A stretch of DNA of 64,000 bases, taken from assembly GCA_045803545.1 (NCBI GenBank), contig JBJMOW010000004.1, positions 800,001-864,000 on the forward strand, given 5' to 3'. The notes under the pieces were generated by a model. It saw only the letters and a program-made list of their open reading frames with translations. It was not told the DNA's origin and searched no databases. Positions within the stretch are counted from its first letter, which is position 1. The number at the start of each line of letters is the position of its first letter. The stretch is from Gemmatimonadaceae bacterium (GTDB lineage Bacteria; Gemmatimonadota; Gemmatimonadetes; Gemmatimonadales; Gemmatimonadaceae). Of this stretch, positions 37,599 through 47,021 are shown one piece after another. A program made the translations under genes and the position numbers.

Positions 37599-38684
37599 AT
37601 GAAATGCCTCGTACTTATAGCGGCACTCTCGATCGCATTACCGCTCGGCGCTCAGGACCTATCAGCTGACGCCATAGTGGCTCGACATCTCGAGGCCCGT
37701 GGCGGTGAAGAGCGTCTGCGCGCCCTGGAAAGCGTCGTCTATCGCAATGGCGTCTATCGCGAAGGAAGTTACGTCGGCTCGGGAAACGCGTTCATGGCAA
37801 TGGCGCGTCCATACTACAAGATCGTAAGTGACCCCACTGATACCAGCGCCGACTTTCGCGAGGGATATGACGGCAGTGCGTGGGAGTGGTATCGCTCGCC
37901 TGGCATCGTCCTGCGCACCGTTGGCGCCGCCAACGCCGCGATTCGTCACAATCTCGATCCGGAGGGGCCATTCTCCGACTTTCGCGCCAAGGGAACGACG
38001 ATCGAGCGCGTTACTGACGCCAATGTCGGTGGACGACCAGCATATGCAATTCTGCTGACGCTGCGCGATGGCGCGCGCGCGACATACCTGTTCGACAAAG
38101 AGACCTTTCTGATCAGCGCGGTTCGTAAGGCAGCACCCATTCACGCGTTCGGTGAGCCGGTGACGACTGAGGAGCGCGTCAGCGATTACAGATCTATAGA
38201 TGGTGTGATGTTTTCATTCCGCTCGACGGAAGTCGAGATCGCGACAGGCAAAGAGCTCAACTCGATGACCTGGGGCGCGATCGAGATCAACCGCAAACTG
38301 CCTCGCGAATGGTTCTCTCCGCCGTCGTTCGCACGCACGCCACTCCAGGAATTTCTCGAGCAGCTGTATTACGAGCGCACCGACACCAGCGCGGTGCGTT
38401 GGTCTTATCTCGCCTTCCGTCGAGCGCATCCGGACGTCGACACCCGCACAGGCATCGAGGTGATCGGATATCAAATGCTGAAAATGAACGACGCCACCGG
38501 CGCGATCGCGCTGCTGACAATGAACGCGAGTGATTATCCGCGTTCGTCGAGCTCGGCGTTTGGCCTCGGTCGCGCGCTGCGTGCGGCCGGCGAAACAGTG
38601 CGAGCGCGTCAGGAATTCACACGCGCGCTGGAGTTGGACCCGCAGAACAAAGCCGCCGCTGACGCGCTTGCCGCGATTCGCTAA
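37599..38684 (+). CDS. Secreted protein with LolA-like beta domain and C-terminal TPR
   Basis: Signal peptide; A.GG...L, YxFD..T.L, DYR..DG..F pattern; C-terminal RALELDP.N. Confidence 0.7.
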   Translation: MKCLVLIAALSIALPLGAQDLSADAIVARHLEARGGEERLRALESVVYRNGVYREGSYVGSGNAFMAMARPYYKIVSDPTDTSADFREGYDGSAWEWYRSPGIVLRTVGAANAAIRHNLDPEGPFSDFRAKGTTIERVTDANVGGRPAYAILLTLRDGARATYLFDKETFLISAVRKAAPIHAFGEPVTTEERVSDYRSIDGVMFSFRSTEVEIATGKELNSMTWGAIEINRKLPREWFSPPSFARTPLQEFLEQLYYERTDTSAVRWSYLAFRRAHPDVDTRTGIEVIGYQMLKMNDATGAIALLTMNASDYPRSSSSAFGLGRALRAAGETVRARQEFTRALELDPQNKAAADALAAIR

Positions 38685-38721
38685 CACCTTACGAGATCCT
38701 TTTCGTAATCCAACAATTGGG

Positions 38722-39534
38722 TCATAGCTGGGCCAAAAGCGACCAACCACTGGGCAGCGTTCGTGCACCCGTCGGCAAGGCGATTCGCCGAGGTGGGGAA
38801 GCGATAGTGGTAAGGATGGTCGAAAAGCGCAGCGTGTCGCCCGGTATGTAGGACAGACCGCTGGGATCCTCAGACCCACTTTCCGGCATCAATGGGCCCC
38901 CAGACTCGGTCCCATCTACTAGGGCCTTTGTCGCGGCGATCGGTGAACGTCGGCCGACTCGCAGCGAATCGGCGTAGATCAATTCGTTCCACCGAACCAA
39001 CCCATACCATTCCGTCGTCGCGTAAACTGCGGAAAAAATTGCAATCAGCCGTGGAGGCGCGTCCGCGGTTGGCGCGAAATCCAGCGACCCCAACTGACTG
39101 ACCAGCGATTCGTCATCCGGCGCCAGACGCTGAATTCCGTCGACGGCGCGCGTTGATGGATTGACGCTGGCGAGAAGTACTTCGGAGTTCGCGCGGCACT
39201 GGCCGCCGGTGTCGAAATCCTTGGCGTGAGCACTCGCTGCCACCACCCTCCGCGGAAACGTCACGGCGAAAGCGAACAGCGTCCCGTCATCGCCTTCAGC
39301 ATTCGGGTAAAGCGAGACCTCCTCCAGTTGACCCGCGGCGTCTGACAAATACATGGCGTGCTCCCCGATCACCAACCGCCGTCCGGGATAAGCGAGCGCG
39401 ATTGTCTGCTCGGCCACCGGCCGCAGTGTCTCGCTCAGGCTCGTGTCAGCGCCGTTGTCCCGCATCGGCTCGGCGGTGAAAGCGGGACTGCACCTGAGGC
39501 AGGGACCCGACGCCGTGCGCGAATTTCTCCGCAT
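38722..39534 (-). CDS. Hypothetical protein, possibly the C-terminal part of a frameshifted gene
   Basis: Long open frame with no good RBS, overlapping the upstream ORF by 89 bp. Confidence 0.55.
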   Translation of the reverse strand: MRRNSRTASGPCLRCSPAFTAEPMRDNGADTSLSETLRPVAEQTIALAYPGRRLVIGEHAMYLSDAAGQLEEVSLYPNAEGDDGTLFAFAVTFPRRVVAASAHAKDFDTGGQCRANSEVLLASVNPSTRAVDGIQRLAPDDESLVSQLGSLDFAPTADAPPRLIAIFSAVYATTEWYGLVRWNELIYADSLRVGRRSPIAATKALVDGTESGGPLMPESGSEDPSGLSYIPGDTLRFSTILTTIASPPRRIALPTGARTLPSGWSLLAQL

Positions 39535-40189
39535 CCCTGATTGCCGCTGTGTTGGTCATGCTGCTGGCTTCTACGGCCGCGTCAACCGCGATTTTCGCGA
39601 CTCTCGCCAGGGACTTCCCGTGAAGGATGTTTGCTGATGCGAGGGCAAAAACTGTGGTCGGACTGGACTCTGCGATACGGCGCACGCGACGTTCGTCAAC
39701 GAGAAGCATCTCGGTAGGGACGTTAGTAGTCCTGTGCCACAGGATCTCCGCAGACCATAGGCTGTCGAGCGTCTGCCAGCGCTCGTGGTTGTAATCCGAA
39801 TGGGAGTCCGACGGCTCGACGTCGCCTTCGCGAATGCGCGACCATCGCGAGATCGTCGCGCTTCCGACCTGACTCCACTTCACCGATTCCTCCGAGGCGA
39901 GCAGCTGTACCACCGCCGCGCGTCCAGAACGATCGACTACGATTTTGAGTTGGCCAACGGGAGCGTCGGTAGTCAACGAGCAAATCCTGACACCATTACC
40001 GGCGGGCGTGCACGTGAAACCGTGCTTCATCTCCTGCCGCGCTTCATCGTCGATGGCGCTGAAACGCATCCCGGCACGGGCGGTCCCCATGATGAACGGG
40101 GATAGCAGGGATCGTTGATACCGGCGGTACCCATATGTGGTGAGGCTGGCGACGATGATGAGCGCCAGGATGATGCGGCCTTTGGACAT
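39446..40189 (-). CDS. Hypothetical N-terminally anchored protein
   Basis: MSKGRIILALIIVASL TM/signal followed by a globular region. Confidence 0.65.
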   Translation of the reverse strand: MSKGRIILALIIVASLTTYGYRRYQRSLLSPFIMGTARAGMRFSAIDDEARQEMKHGFTCTPAGNGVRICSLTTDAPVGQLKIVVDRSGRAAVVQLLASEESVKWSQVGSATISRWSRIREGDVEPSDSHSDYNHERWQTLDSLWSAEILWHRTTNVPTEMLLVDERRVRRIAESSPTTVFALASANILHGKSLARVAKIAVDAAVEASSMTNTAAIRDAEKFAHGVGSLPQVQSRFHRRADAGQRR

Positions 40190-40230
40190 TATCGGACGGC
40201 GAAGCGGCGGAAAGAAATTAGAGCGGATAC

Positions 40231-40341
40231 CTATCGACGCGCCTCTGTCGCGACTGGCAACCGATCTTCGGCCGCCGCAACGCCAGCTATCGCGATGACG
40301 CCGATGCAAGCGGTCATCGATATGAGCAATTTCATGGTCAT
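40231..40341 (-). CDS. 36-aa ORF consisting of a Sec-type signal peptide plus 12 residues
   Basis: AGGGAG RBS 6 nt before ATG; MTMKLLISMTACIGVIAIAGVAAA-EDRLPVATEARR. Confidence 0.45.
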   Translation of the reverse strand: MTMKLLISMTACIGVIAIAGVAAAEDRLPVATEARR

Positions 40342-40432
40342 CGAAATCTCCCTGTGACTATTGTGTAAAATCTTCCGCAATCGGAAACGCCGACAATCTG
40401 TTTCTGTCTAATTCTGCATCAAGGAAACTCAC

Positions 40433-41650
40433 GTGATGAGACAAATCGTCAGCACTTGGTCTCTGTTTATGGTCGCGCTGGCGGCAATCGCCTGCCGCCC
40501 CTCCGGGCCGGAGCAAAAATACGGCTTCATCGCGCGCCTTGGTGACGACACCGTCTCCGTCGAGAGCATAACTCGCCGGGGAAATAAGGTCGTCGTCGAC
40601 GGCGTCGACCGCTTCCCGCGCGTGCGCCGCCGGCACACCGAGATCGAGCTAGGCCCGGGCAGCACCATCCGTCACCTCGTAATGGACATCCATACGCCGA
40701 GCGAGCCGGCGAATCAGCGCGAGCGACATGTGACTGCGGACGTGACTGCCGACTCCGTGCACATCCTTCAAACTGACGACTCGGCCAAATTGCGGCACGA
40801 GTTCGCGACGAGCGGGGCTGTCGCGATGGCACACGTGCCGCAGATGTACAGCCTCTACGAGCTCTACTTCGATGCAGCGTTCGCGCGCGCCGATTCGCTG
40901 AAGCGAGGTGCCGGCGACACCATACAGTTACGGCAGTTCTACATCGATCGTGAATTCGATCGGTTCCCGCTGCACCACGGAACGGTGCGGCTGTTGGCGG
41001 ATCACAAGGCGGAGATTCAACACGACTGGCTCTCCGGTACTGGTCAGGCAACCTTCGATTCGGCGGGCCACATGCTCGCCTATTCCGGTGCCCGCAGCAC
41101 GTATCTGGTCGATGTCGCGCGGCTGGATTCACAGCCGGACATCAAGAGCATCGCCGACCGGTGGGAAGCGACTGAATTAGCTGCGGGCGGAGCCAGGCAG
41201 CTCAGTCCGCGCGATACTGTGCGCTCTACTATAGGTAGCGACTCGATCATGATCGACTACAGCCGGCCACTGGCGCGCGGGCGCACTCTGGTCGGCGGCA
41301 TCATACCATATGATCGGGTGTGGCGAACCGGTGCGAATGCGGCGACACAATTCTTCACGTCTGCGCCGATCAGACTCGCGGGCATCCGATTAGCCGCAGG
41401 CGCATACACTCTGTGGACAGTTCCACACCAGAACGGCGTCGACCTCGTCGTCAACGGACAGTCAGGGCAGTGGGGCACCCAGTACAACCACGCCCGCGAT
41501 GTCGGAGTAGCGCGCATCCAGTCGACGACGCCTTCAACCCCGGTCGATCAATTCACGATCTCAGTCGTAGCGAACGACCAGCGACACGGCACGCTCACGA
41601 TGGAGTGGGGGACATTCCGCTGGACGGCGCCGATCGAGGTGGTGCAATGA
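40433..41650 (+). CDS. DUF2911 domain lipoprotein with long N-terminal extension
   Basis: AIAC lipobox; SP, YSRP..RGR, VWRTGAN.AT, AG.Y.L.T.P, QWG..Y. Confidence 0.88.
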   Translation: MMRQIVSTWSLFMVALAAIACRPSGPEQKYGFIARLGDDTVSVESITRRGNKVVVDGVDRFPRVRRRHTEIELGPGSTIRHLVMDIHTPSEPANQRERHVTADVTADSVHILQTDDSAKLRHEFATSGAVAMAHVPQMYSLYELYFDAAFARADSLKRGAGDTIQLRQFYIDREFDRFPLHHGTVRLLADHKAEIQHDWLSGTGQATFDSAGHMLAYSGARSTYLVDVARLDSQPDIKSIADRWEATELAAGGARQLSPRDTVRSTIGSDSIMIDYSRPLARGRTLVGGIIPYDRVWRTGANAATQFFTSAPIRLAGIRLAAGAYTLWTVPHQNGVDLVVNGQSGQWGTQYNHARDVGVARIQSTTPSTPVDQFTISVVANDQRHGTLTMEWGTFRWTAPIEVVQ

Positions 41651-42735
41651 CTCGGCAGCGGACGTTGACTCTTCACCTAGGCTTGCTCGCGTTGCTGTCA
41701 GTTTCTGCTGTCGGCAGCGCACAGTCGTCCGCCGAGGTAGCATCCTCGCGTTACTCCGTCGACGGCATGCATTCCACCGTCGGCTTTGCGACTACACTCC
41801 TACGCGCGGTAAAAGTGCGCGGTCGCTTCGACGATTACGATGCGACGATCATCTATGACGAGAAGCATCCCGAGCGGTCATCGGTTTCGGCGATCATCCA
41901 GGCGAAAAGCATCAATACGAACATGGGATTCCGCGACGACCATTTGCGCAGTCCCGACTTCTTCGACGTCACGACGTATCCGACGATAGAGTTCGTCAGC
42001 GATCGGGTGGTGCCGCGCCAGGGCGGAGCGACGGTATCAGGCATGCTGACGATGCACGGCGTAACTCGCCGCATCACTTTTCCGGTGCAGCTCGCCCTCG
42101 CGCCATACCGGATTGGGAGCACAAGAGGCGTAGCATTCACCGCCAATCTTCGTTTGAGCAGGAAGGATTTCGGAATTGCGGGGACGAACAAGTTCAACCC
42201 GGACTACAATCCGCTGACCAACATGCTGTCGGATAACGTCGACATCATTCTCGAGCTCGACGCCATTCGCGACGGCTTCGCAACGCGCAGGCTTGGCGAC
42301 GGCACGCCGCCGAGTGTCGCCGACACCATTAACAAAACGCTTCAGGCGCACGGCATCGACGCGGCAATCCGCACGTACCACTCTCTCCGCGCAACGGCAC
42401 CCGCGAGCTTCAATTTCGGCGCATGGGAGCTCGATCTTCTCGGCCGTAAGCTTTCTGAGTGCGGTGATTTACCCGACGCACTGGAGATTCTTAAGACCAA
42501 CGCCAGCCAGTTCGCCGATTCCGCCGGCGTCCTGGAAAGTCTCGCCGAAACGCAGTCCTTGTCGGATGACCGTGCGGGGGCAATCGAGACCTATAAACGC
42601 GTGCTCGCTAAATTCCCGAACAACGTGAACGCCCGCGAGATGCTCAGACATCTCGAACGTGTATCGTCGAACACTGCAACGGCCGTGACTGGCGCGCACC
42701 CAGGTCGCAGACCCACCGCGCCTGGATGCAGTTAG
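41647..42735 (+). CDS. YceI family protein fused to C-terminal TPR module
   Basis: D..HS.VGF, V.G.F, SI.T....RD.HLRS.DFF, G.LT.HGVT, R.DFG; ATGA overlap with the DUF2911 gene. Confidence 0.9.
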   Translation: MTRQRTLTLHLGLLALLSVSAVGSAQSSAEVASSRYSVDGMHSTVGFATTLLRAVKVRGRFDDYDATIIYDEKHPERSSVSAIIQAKSINTNMGFRDDHLRSPDFFDVTTYPTIEFVSDRVVPRQGGATVSGMLTMHGVTRRITFPVQLALAPYRIGSTRGVAFTANLRLSRKDFGIAGTNKFNPDYNPLTNMLSDNVDIILELDAIRDGFATRRLGDGTPPSVADTINKTLQAHGIDAAIRTYHSLRATAPASFNFGAWELDLLGRKLSECGDLPDALEILKTNASQFADSAGVLESLAETQSLSDDRAGAIETYKRVLAKFPNNVNAREMLRHLERVSSNTATAVTGAHPGRRPTAPGCS

Positions 42736-42802
42736 GCCTCCAGTTCACGAGCGCTGATCATCGCCATTCCTCCGATCAAACAAGCGTCCGTGGCTGTCAC
42801 CT

Positions 42803-43756
42803 TCATTTCATGTACGGCGGAACATTGCCCGCGATTACCTCGAACTCGTGATCCGATAGCGGCACCTTTCGGAACGAGGACCACGTTGCGAGAGGCGAAT
42901 TTCCGTTCACGGCGCCGTCCGAACCGAACAGAATGCGTTCGACCCCCAACTGCCGAATGCGCGCCGCGACTCTGGCTGCGCGCGCCGGATCAGCCATGCC
43001 ACCGATCCCCGACATGTCGAAGTAGACACTCTTCACTCGCGGATCCTTGTCGGCGATCGCTTTCGCGAACACGTCGAGCACCTCACCTGTACCAGGGTCG
43101 TCGAAGTCGCCCGAGCTGGCGAGATGCGCGATCTGAATCGGCACATCGGGGGCGACAGGTAAGACATCGTTCAGGAACGCGAGGCCGAACGCCGTCCCGT
43201 ATGGCCGCTTCATCGTGACCGACGCATGCAGATGAACGACGATCGCCATATGATGACGATTGGCGGCGCGAAAAACCTGTCTCACTTTCTCGAGCTGCTC
43301 CGGATCGCCGAGCTGAACGTCGGAATTGCCGAAGTGAAGCTTCAGCCCGCGCCGCAGACGCTGGTCGGCCGCGCAGCGCTCTATCTCCGGCAACGCGTAG
43401 TCGCGCAGCGGATTGACGCTGCAGATCGCTCGCAGCCGATCGGGATATAGATCCGCCTGATCCGCCGTCCAATCATTCTCAGCCTTGACCCGCGCGTACT
43501 CGTTGGCAACGGGTGGACGATTCGGGTTGGAGAACATGTAGGCGACCGACAGCAACAGCGCCGAGTGAATCTTCGCGGAATCGAGGAACGCGATGAGGTC
43601 GCGCGCGGTGACGCGCCGCACTGTTGGCGTGAGCTCCTGTGTCCCAGGCCCGAATAGGTGCTGGTGGAAATCCACCACGGGGCGCAGCGGCGCGTGGGCG
43701 CACGCCGTCGTGATCGCGCAAAACGCTGAGGCAAAGAGGAGCTGCTTCAAAGCCAA
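42803..43756 (-). CDS. Amidohydrolase_2 family protein, predicted lipoprotein
   Basis: DxHxH, GLKLH, VH, IAH, LFGSD. Confidence 0.85.
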   Translation of the reverse strand: MALKQLLFASAFCAITTACAHAPLRPVVDFHQHLFGPGTQELTPTVRRVTARDLIAFLDSAKIHSALLLSVAYMFSNPNRPPVANEYARVKAENDWTADQADLYPDRLRAICSVNPLRDYALPEIERCAADQRLRRGLKLHFGNSDVQLGDPEQLEKVRQVFRAANRHHMAIVVHLHASVTMKRPYGTAFGLAFLNDVLPVAPDVPIQIAHLASSGDFDDPGTGEVLDVFAKAIADKDPRVKSVYFDMSGIGGMADPARAARVAARIRQLGVERILFGSDGAVNGNSPLATWSSFRKVPLSDHEFEVIAGNVPPYMK

Positions 43757-43761
43757 ATCTT

Positions 43762-44679
43762 TTATGGAGCCTCGGGATTTGACGGACGCTTCATACCATT
43801 CAAACCAGTCCGTGCCACGAGTTGTTGATACGTCACCAGCCGGATCTTGCCTGACCGCACCAGCTCAGCGAGCTCCGGCGACAGCAGGGTCTGCAATTCT
43901 GCATTCCGATGCGCAACCACGCCGGCATCCGGGGCGTTCTGTCCCTCAGCGTTCATGTCGTAGATCGCTTCCATCTCCGGTGTCCGTTCCGCGACGTGCA
44001 CCTCGATCAGGTTCACGCTGTCGCGCGGCGCCTTCACCAAATGCTCGAGCAGCGTTGATTTCTTCGCGCCGGGCGCGACACCCCAGATGGTGTAGTACGA
44101 TTCACCGAAATAGGTCGAGATCCCCAGGCCGTACTTTTTCGCCACGCGCTCCATGACCTCACGCAGCTGCGGGTTTGCCCACGCCATTCCCATGTGCGCA
44201 TCGACAAAAGTGATCTTGAGGCCGGATCGCAGCGCACGCTCCACCTGTGCGCTCAGCTCGCGCTCGACATCGGCGAGGTCGTACTTGCTTGCCAGGAATG
44301 CCGTGGTGGACGGCAGGAAATAACCGACGCTGTCGACTAGCGACGGCACTCCGCCCTTACCAAGTACCGGACCCCAGCGGTAACCGCGCCACTCGGAATT
44401 CAGCGCGAGGTGAACGCCGACGGTGACCTGCGGATACTTCTTGAGGATGTCGACCGCTTCCTGGTACCAGGGGCAGACGAAGAGCACGGTGGCGGAGAAC
44501 GGCATTCCTGTCTTCGCGACTTGCTCCAGGGCGAGGTTCACCGAGTGATTCATCCCGATGTCATCGAGGCGAAAGAGCACCTCGGGTGCGTCGGCTCGCT
44601 GCGCGTGAAGAGGGAGCGGTGCACCGGAGATCGCGGTGGTGGTGAGGATTGTGGTACAAAGGAGTCGAAGGCGGGTCAT
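43762..44679 (-). CDS. ChbG/HpnK (YdjC) family deacetylase, secreted
   Basis: DD.G, GVHL.L..EW, SLVD..G, D.HM. Confidence 0.88.
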   Translation of the reverse strand: MTRLRLLCTTILTTTAISGAPLPLHAQRADAPEVLFRLDDIGMNHSVNLALEQVAKTGMPFSATVLFVCPWYQEAVDILKKYPQVTVGVHLALNSEWRGYRWGPVLGKGGVPSLVDSVGYFLPSTTAFLASKYDLADVERELSAQVERALRSGLKITFVDAHMGMAWANPQLREVMERVAKKYGLGISTYFGESYYTIWGVAPGAKKSTLLEHLVKAPRDSVNLIEVHVAERTPEMEAIYDMNAEGQNAPDAGVVAHRNAELQTLLSPELAELVRSGKIRLVTYQQLVARTGLNGMKRPSNPEAP

Positions 44680-44717
44680 TGGCAAACTCGAATGATCTGT
44701 GGATTAATGAGCCGTGA

Positions 44718-45956
44718 CTACGACACTACTTCCTCGACCCGTCTCGTTCCCGCAGCCGCGGCGTCTTCCTCTCGGCGCGATGGGAAAGAAAACGCGAACA
44801 CTGTTTCTCCGGTGTCGGGAAACTCTGCCCAGGCCTCGCCTCCAAATGATTCGGCGGTCTCCCGCACGATGCTCAAACCCAGACCGGTTCCCTCAGCCTC
44901 GGTGATAGTTTCGGAATGCGCGCGATAAAATCGATCGAACAGTTTTTCTCTCGCTCCCTTGGGCACACCAAGTCCGTTGTCTCGAACGCGGACAATGAGC
45001 TTGCCACCGTCGGCCCGCAGCTGGAATGATCCCTCAACGCGCACCCACCGATGCGACTTCGCGGGGTCTGAGTATTTGATGGCGTTCGACAGGTAGTTCA
45101 CTAAACACAGCTCCACCGCGGCGGCGTCGACTTCTACCGGAGGAAGATCGTCATCGATCGCAATCTCGACGCCCTTGGCGTCCGCGGGTTTGCGGAGCTG
45201 GCGCGCAGCTTCGGCCGTGGCCTGGGGAAGTAGCACGTTACGACTGAGCCTCGAATCGGTTTCCAGACGAGAAAGCGATTCGAGATTGCGCAGGGTTCGC
45301 TCCAGCTCCTCGGAATTCTCGAGAATCATGTTCTGAAAGCGGACGCGCTCGGTCTGGTCGAGCCAATCTTCTCTGAGGAGGTTGGCCGCTCCGCGTATCG
45401 CGCCGACACGGTTCTTCAGCTCGTGCGAGACCATGCGATTGAATCTCCGCAAACGTGTTTCTCTTTCATTTACACGCTGCGCCGAGAGACGCAGAAAATG
45501 GGTCATCGTCGCCTGTCTGATCAGCTCGATCGCGTGACCGATGCGATGCCAGCAGACGAGGAAATCATGTGACTGAACTGGAGCCGATTCTGCGACTGCC
45601 ATCCGCTCGACAAACGCGAAAAGGATTCCGCCGAGGATCTCCAGCTCTTTCAGAATTTCGTAAGCGTCGAAACCCTGACTGTGACGCAGTGCTCCAAGCT
45701 CCATCGCTTTGGCAGCAACGGGTAGCTCAGCGTCGAGCTCCACATGCGGGGACTCGACATAATCCGCGATGCCATCGATTAGAATCGGAACGTGGTTCAG
45801 CAACTCTTCGGTCGGAAAAATCCGATGCGGAGAAACCGCCACGCGTGCGCTGATTCTTTCGAGCCAGAGTCTGACGAGGTCAGTGCTCGATTCGCGGAGC
45901 GCGGCCGCGATCAATGCACCGATCTTATCGGGATAGTCGTAACCGTTATCGCCCAT
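44718..45956 (-). CDS. Cytoplasmic histidine kinase with RsbRD_N-like N-terminal domain
   Basis: W.ERI, L.H.P.L, LG..R..QGF..E...E; SHELKN, NY.SNAIKY, DNG.G, GTGLGL. Confidence 0.88.
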   Translation of the reverse strand: MGDNGYDYPDKIGALIAAALRESSTDLVRLWLERISARVAVSPHRIFPTEELLNHVPILIDGIADYVESPHVELDAELPVAAKAMELGALRHSQGFDAYEILKELEILGGILFAFVERMAVAESAPVQSHDFLVCWHRIGHAIELIRQATMTHFLRLSAQRVNERETRLRRFNRMVSHELKNRVGAIRGAANLLREDWLDQTERVRFQNMILENSEELERTLRNLESLSRLETDSRLSRNVLLPQATAEAARQLRKPADAKGVEIAIDDDLPPVEVDAAAVELCLVNYLSNAIKYSDPAKSHRWVRVEGSFQLRADGGKLIVRVRDNGLGVPKGAREKLFDRFYRAHSETITEAEGTGLGLSIVRETAESFGGEAWAEFPDTGETVFAFSFPSRREEDAAAAGTRRVEEVVS

Positions 45957-46018
45957 GCCCCAATGTGTGGCGTGTTATTCAGTATTACTAGTCCGTTCAG
46001 CATGGGCGACACCTGCTT

Positions 46019-46055
46019 TCAGCACTGCCGCTGTTGGCGGGAGCGGAAGTGCTGA
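46019..46055 (-). terminator. Hairpin just downstream of the PAP2 gene
   Basis: TCAGCACT/AGTGCTGA (8 bp) plus CCGCT/AGCGG (5 bp); no U tract. Confidence 0.35.
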
Positions 46056-46064
46056 TCCTTCCGA

Positions 46065-46877
46065 TCAGAACGAGACCGGAATCCGGAACGTTGCGATCGG
46101 TATTTGCACGCCGGCGACCCTGTCCTTGATAATCGCCCGATCAACCCGGTTGTCAGGATGCTCGTGGGTATACCGTATCACCTTGATTCCGGCAAACGTT
46201 CCGATCGCCGCGCCAAGTACGACATCGCTCGCCCAGTGCTTGTCGTGGTACATCCGCGACAGGCCGACCAGTGTCGCACCTCCATACATCGCGGGACCAA
46301 CGAGCCAGGTGTGACCCGGCCAGATAATGCGGGCTTCGCTCGTCACCGCCGAGGCCGCGGCAAACGCGGTCGTCGTGTGTCCGGACGGGAACGACTGCCG
46401 GTCGCCATTCCCGAGTCCGCCCAGTAGCTGGAAATCCGCCGGGCTGGTGTCCTTCGATACGTAAGGTCGGGCCCGTCCGGCAAGGCTTTTCAGAATCCAC
46501 GTCGTACTGCCCGCCAGGATCACTGATTCGGTGCCGTGCCACCCAAGAGCCTGGATGTCGGGTTTGTGGGCGGCACGTCCGTAAGTGTAGAGAACGGCAC
46601 CGATCACGAGCGATCCGGGGTCGGTGATCAGCTCGACTCCCGTCGCCGCTCGACTGAGGAATTTGTTGGTTTGGGAGACCCTGTTGGTCAGTATCCGCGC
46701 CAGGGACTTGTCCAGTGGAAACATCGCTACGGTGAGACCAGCGAAGCCGGCGGCCAGTATCGCGTCGTTGCGGGTGAAAAGTCCGGGAGTGGATGTTGAC
46801 GCGGTTTGCGCGCACAGTGCAGCGGAGTCGATCGTTAACGCCGCGAGTGCGGCGAGCAAGAGAAATCGTGGTCGCAT
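46065..46877 (-). CDS. PAP2 family phosphatase
   Basis: K...GR.RP, SFPSGH, SR....HW.SDV. Confidence 0.92.
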   Translation of the reverse strand: MRPRFLLLAALAALTIDSAALCAQTASTSTPGLFTRNDAILAAGFAGLTVAMFPLDKSLARILTNRVSQTNKFLSRAATGVELITDPGSLVIGAVLYTYGRAAHKPDIQALGWHGTESVILAGSTTWILKSLAGRARPYVSKDTSPADFQLLGGLGNGDRQSFPSGHTTTAFAAASAVTSEARIIWPGHTWLVGPAMYGGATLVGLSRMYHDKHWASDVVLGAAIGTFAGIKVIRYTHEHPDNRVDRAIIKDRVAGVQIPIATFRIPVSF

Positions 46878-47021
46878 AAGTGTTAGGCTTTGCAGGGTCC
46901 GCGCCGCTGTGCTTGATTCCCGTGCTTCGACCCATGGACCAAGCATTCTGATCACAGAAGAGTCGGCGAAGGTCAGTCGCGGCGCATGCCTTGCGGCAGC
47001 TATGAGCAACGCGGAGAGCAA

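Noticed and set aside
41320..41646. N-terminal extension of the YceI ORF
   Set aside because: Overlaps the DUF2911 gene out of frame; ATG 41647 gives an ATGA overlap and a signal peptide
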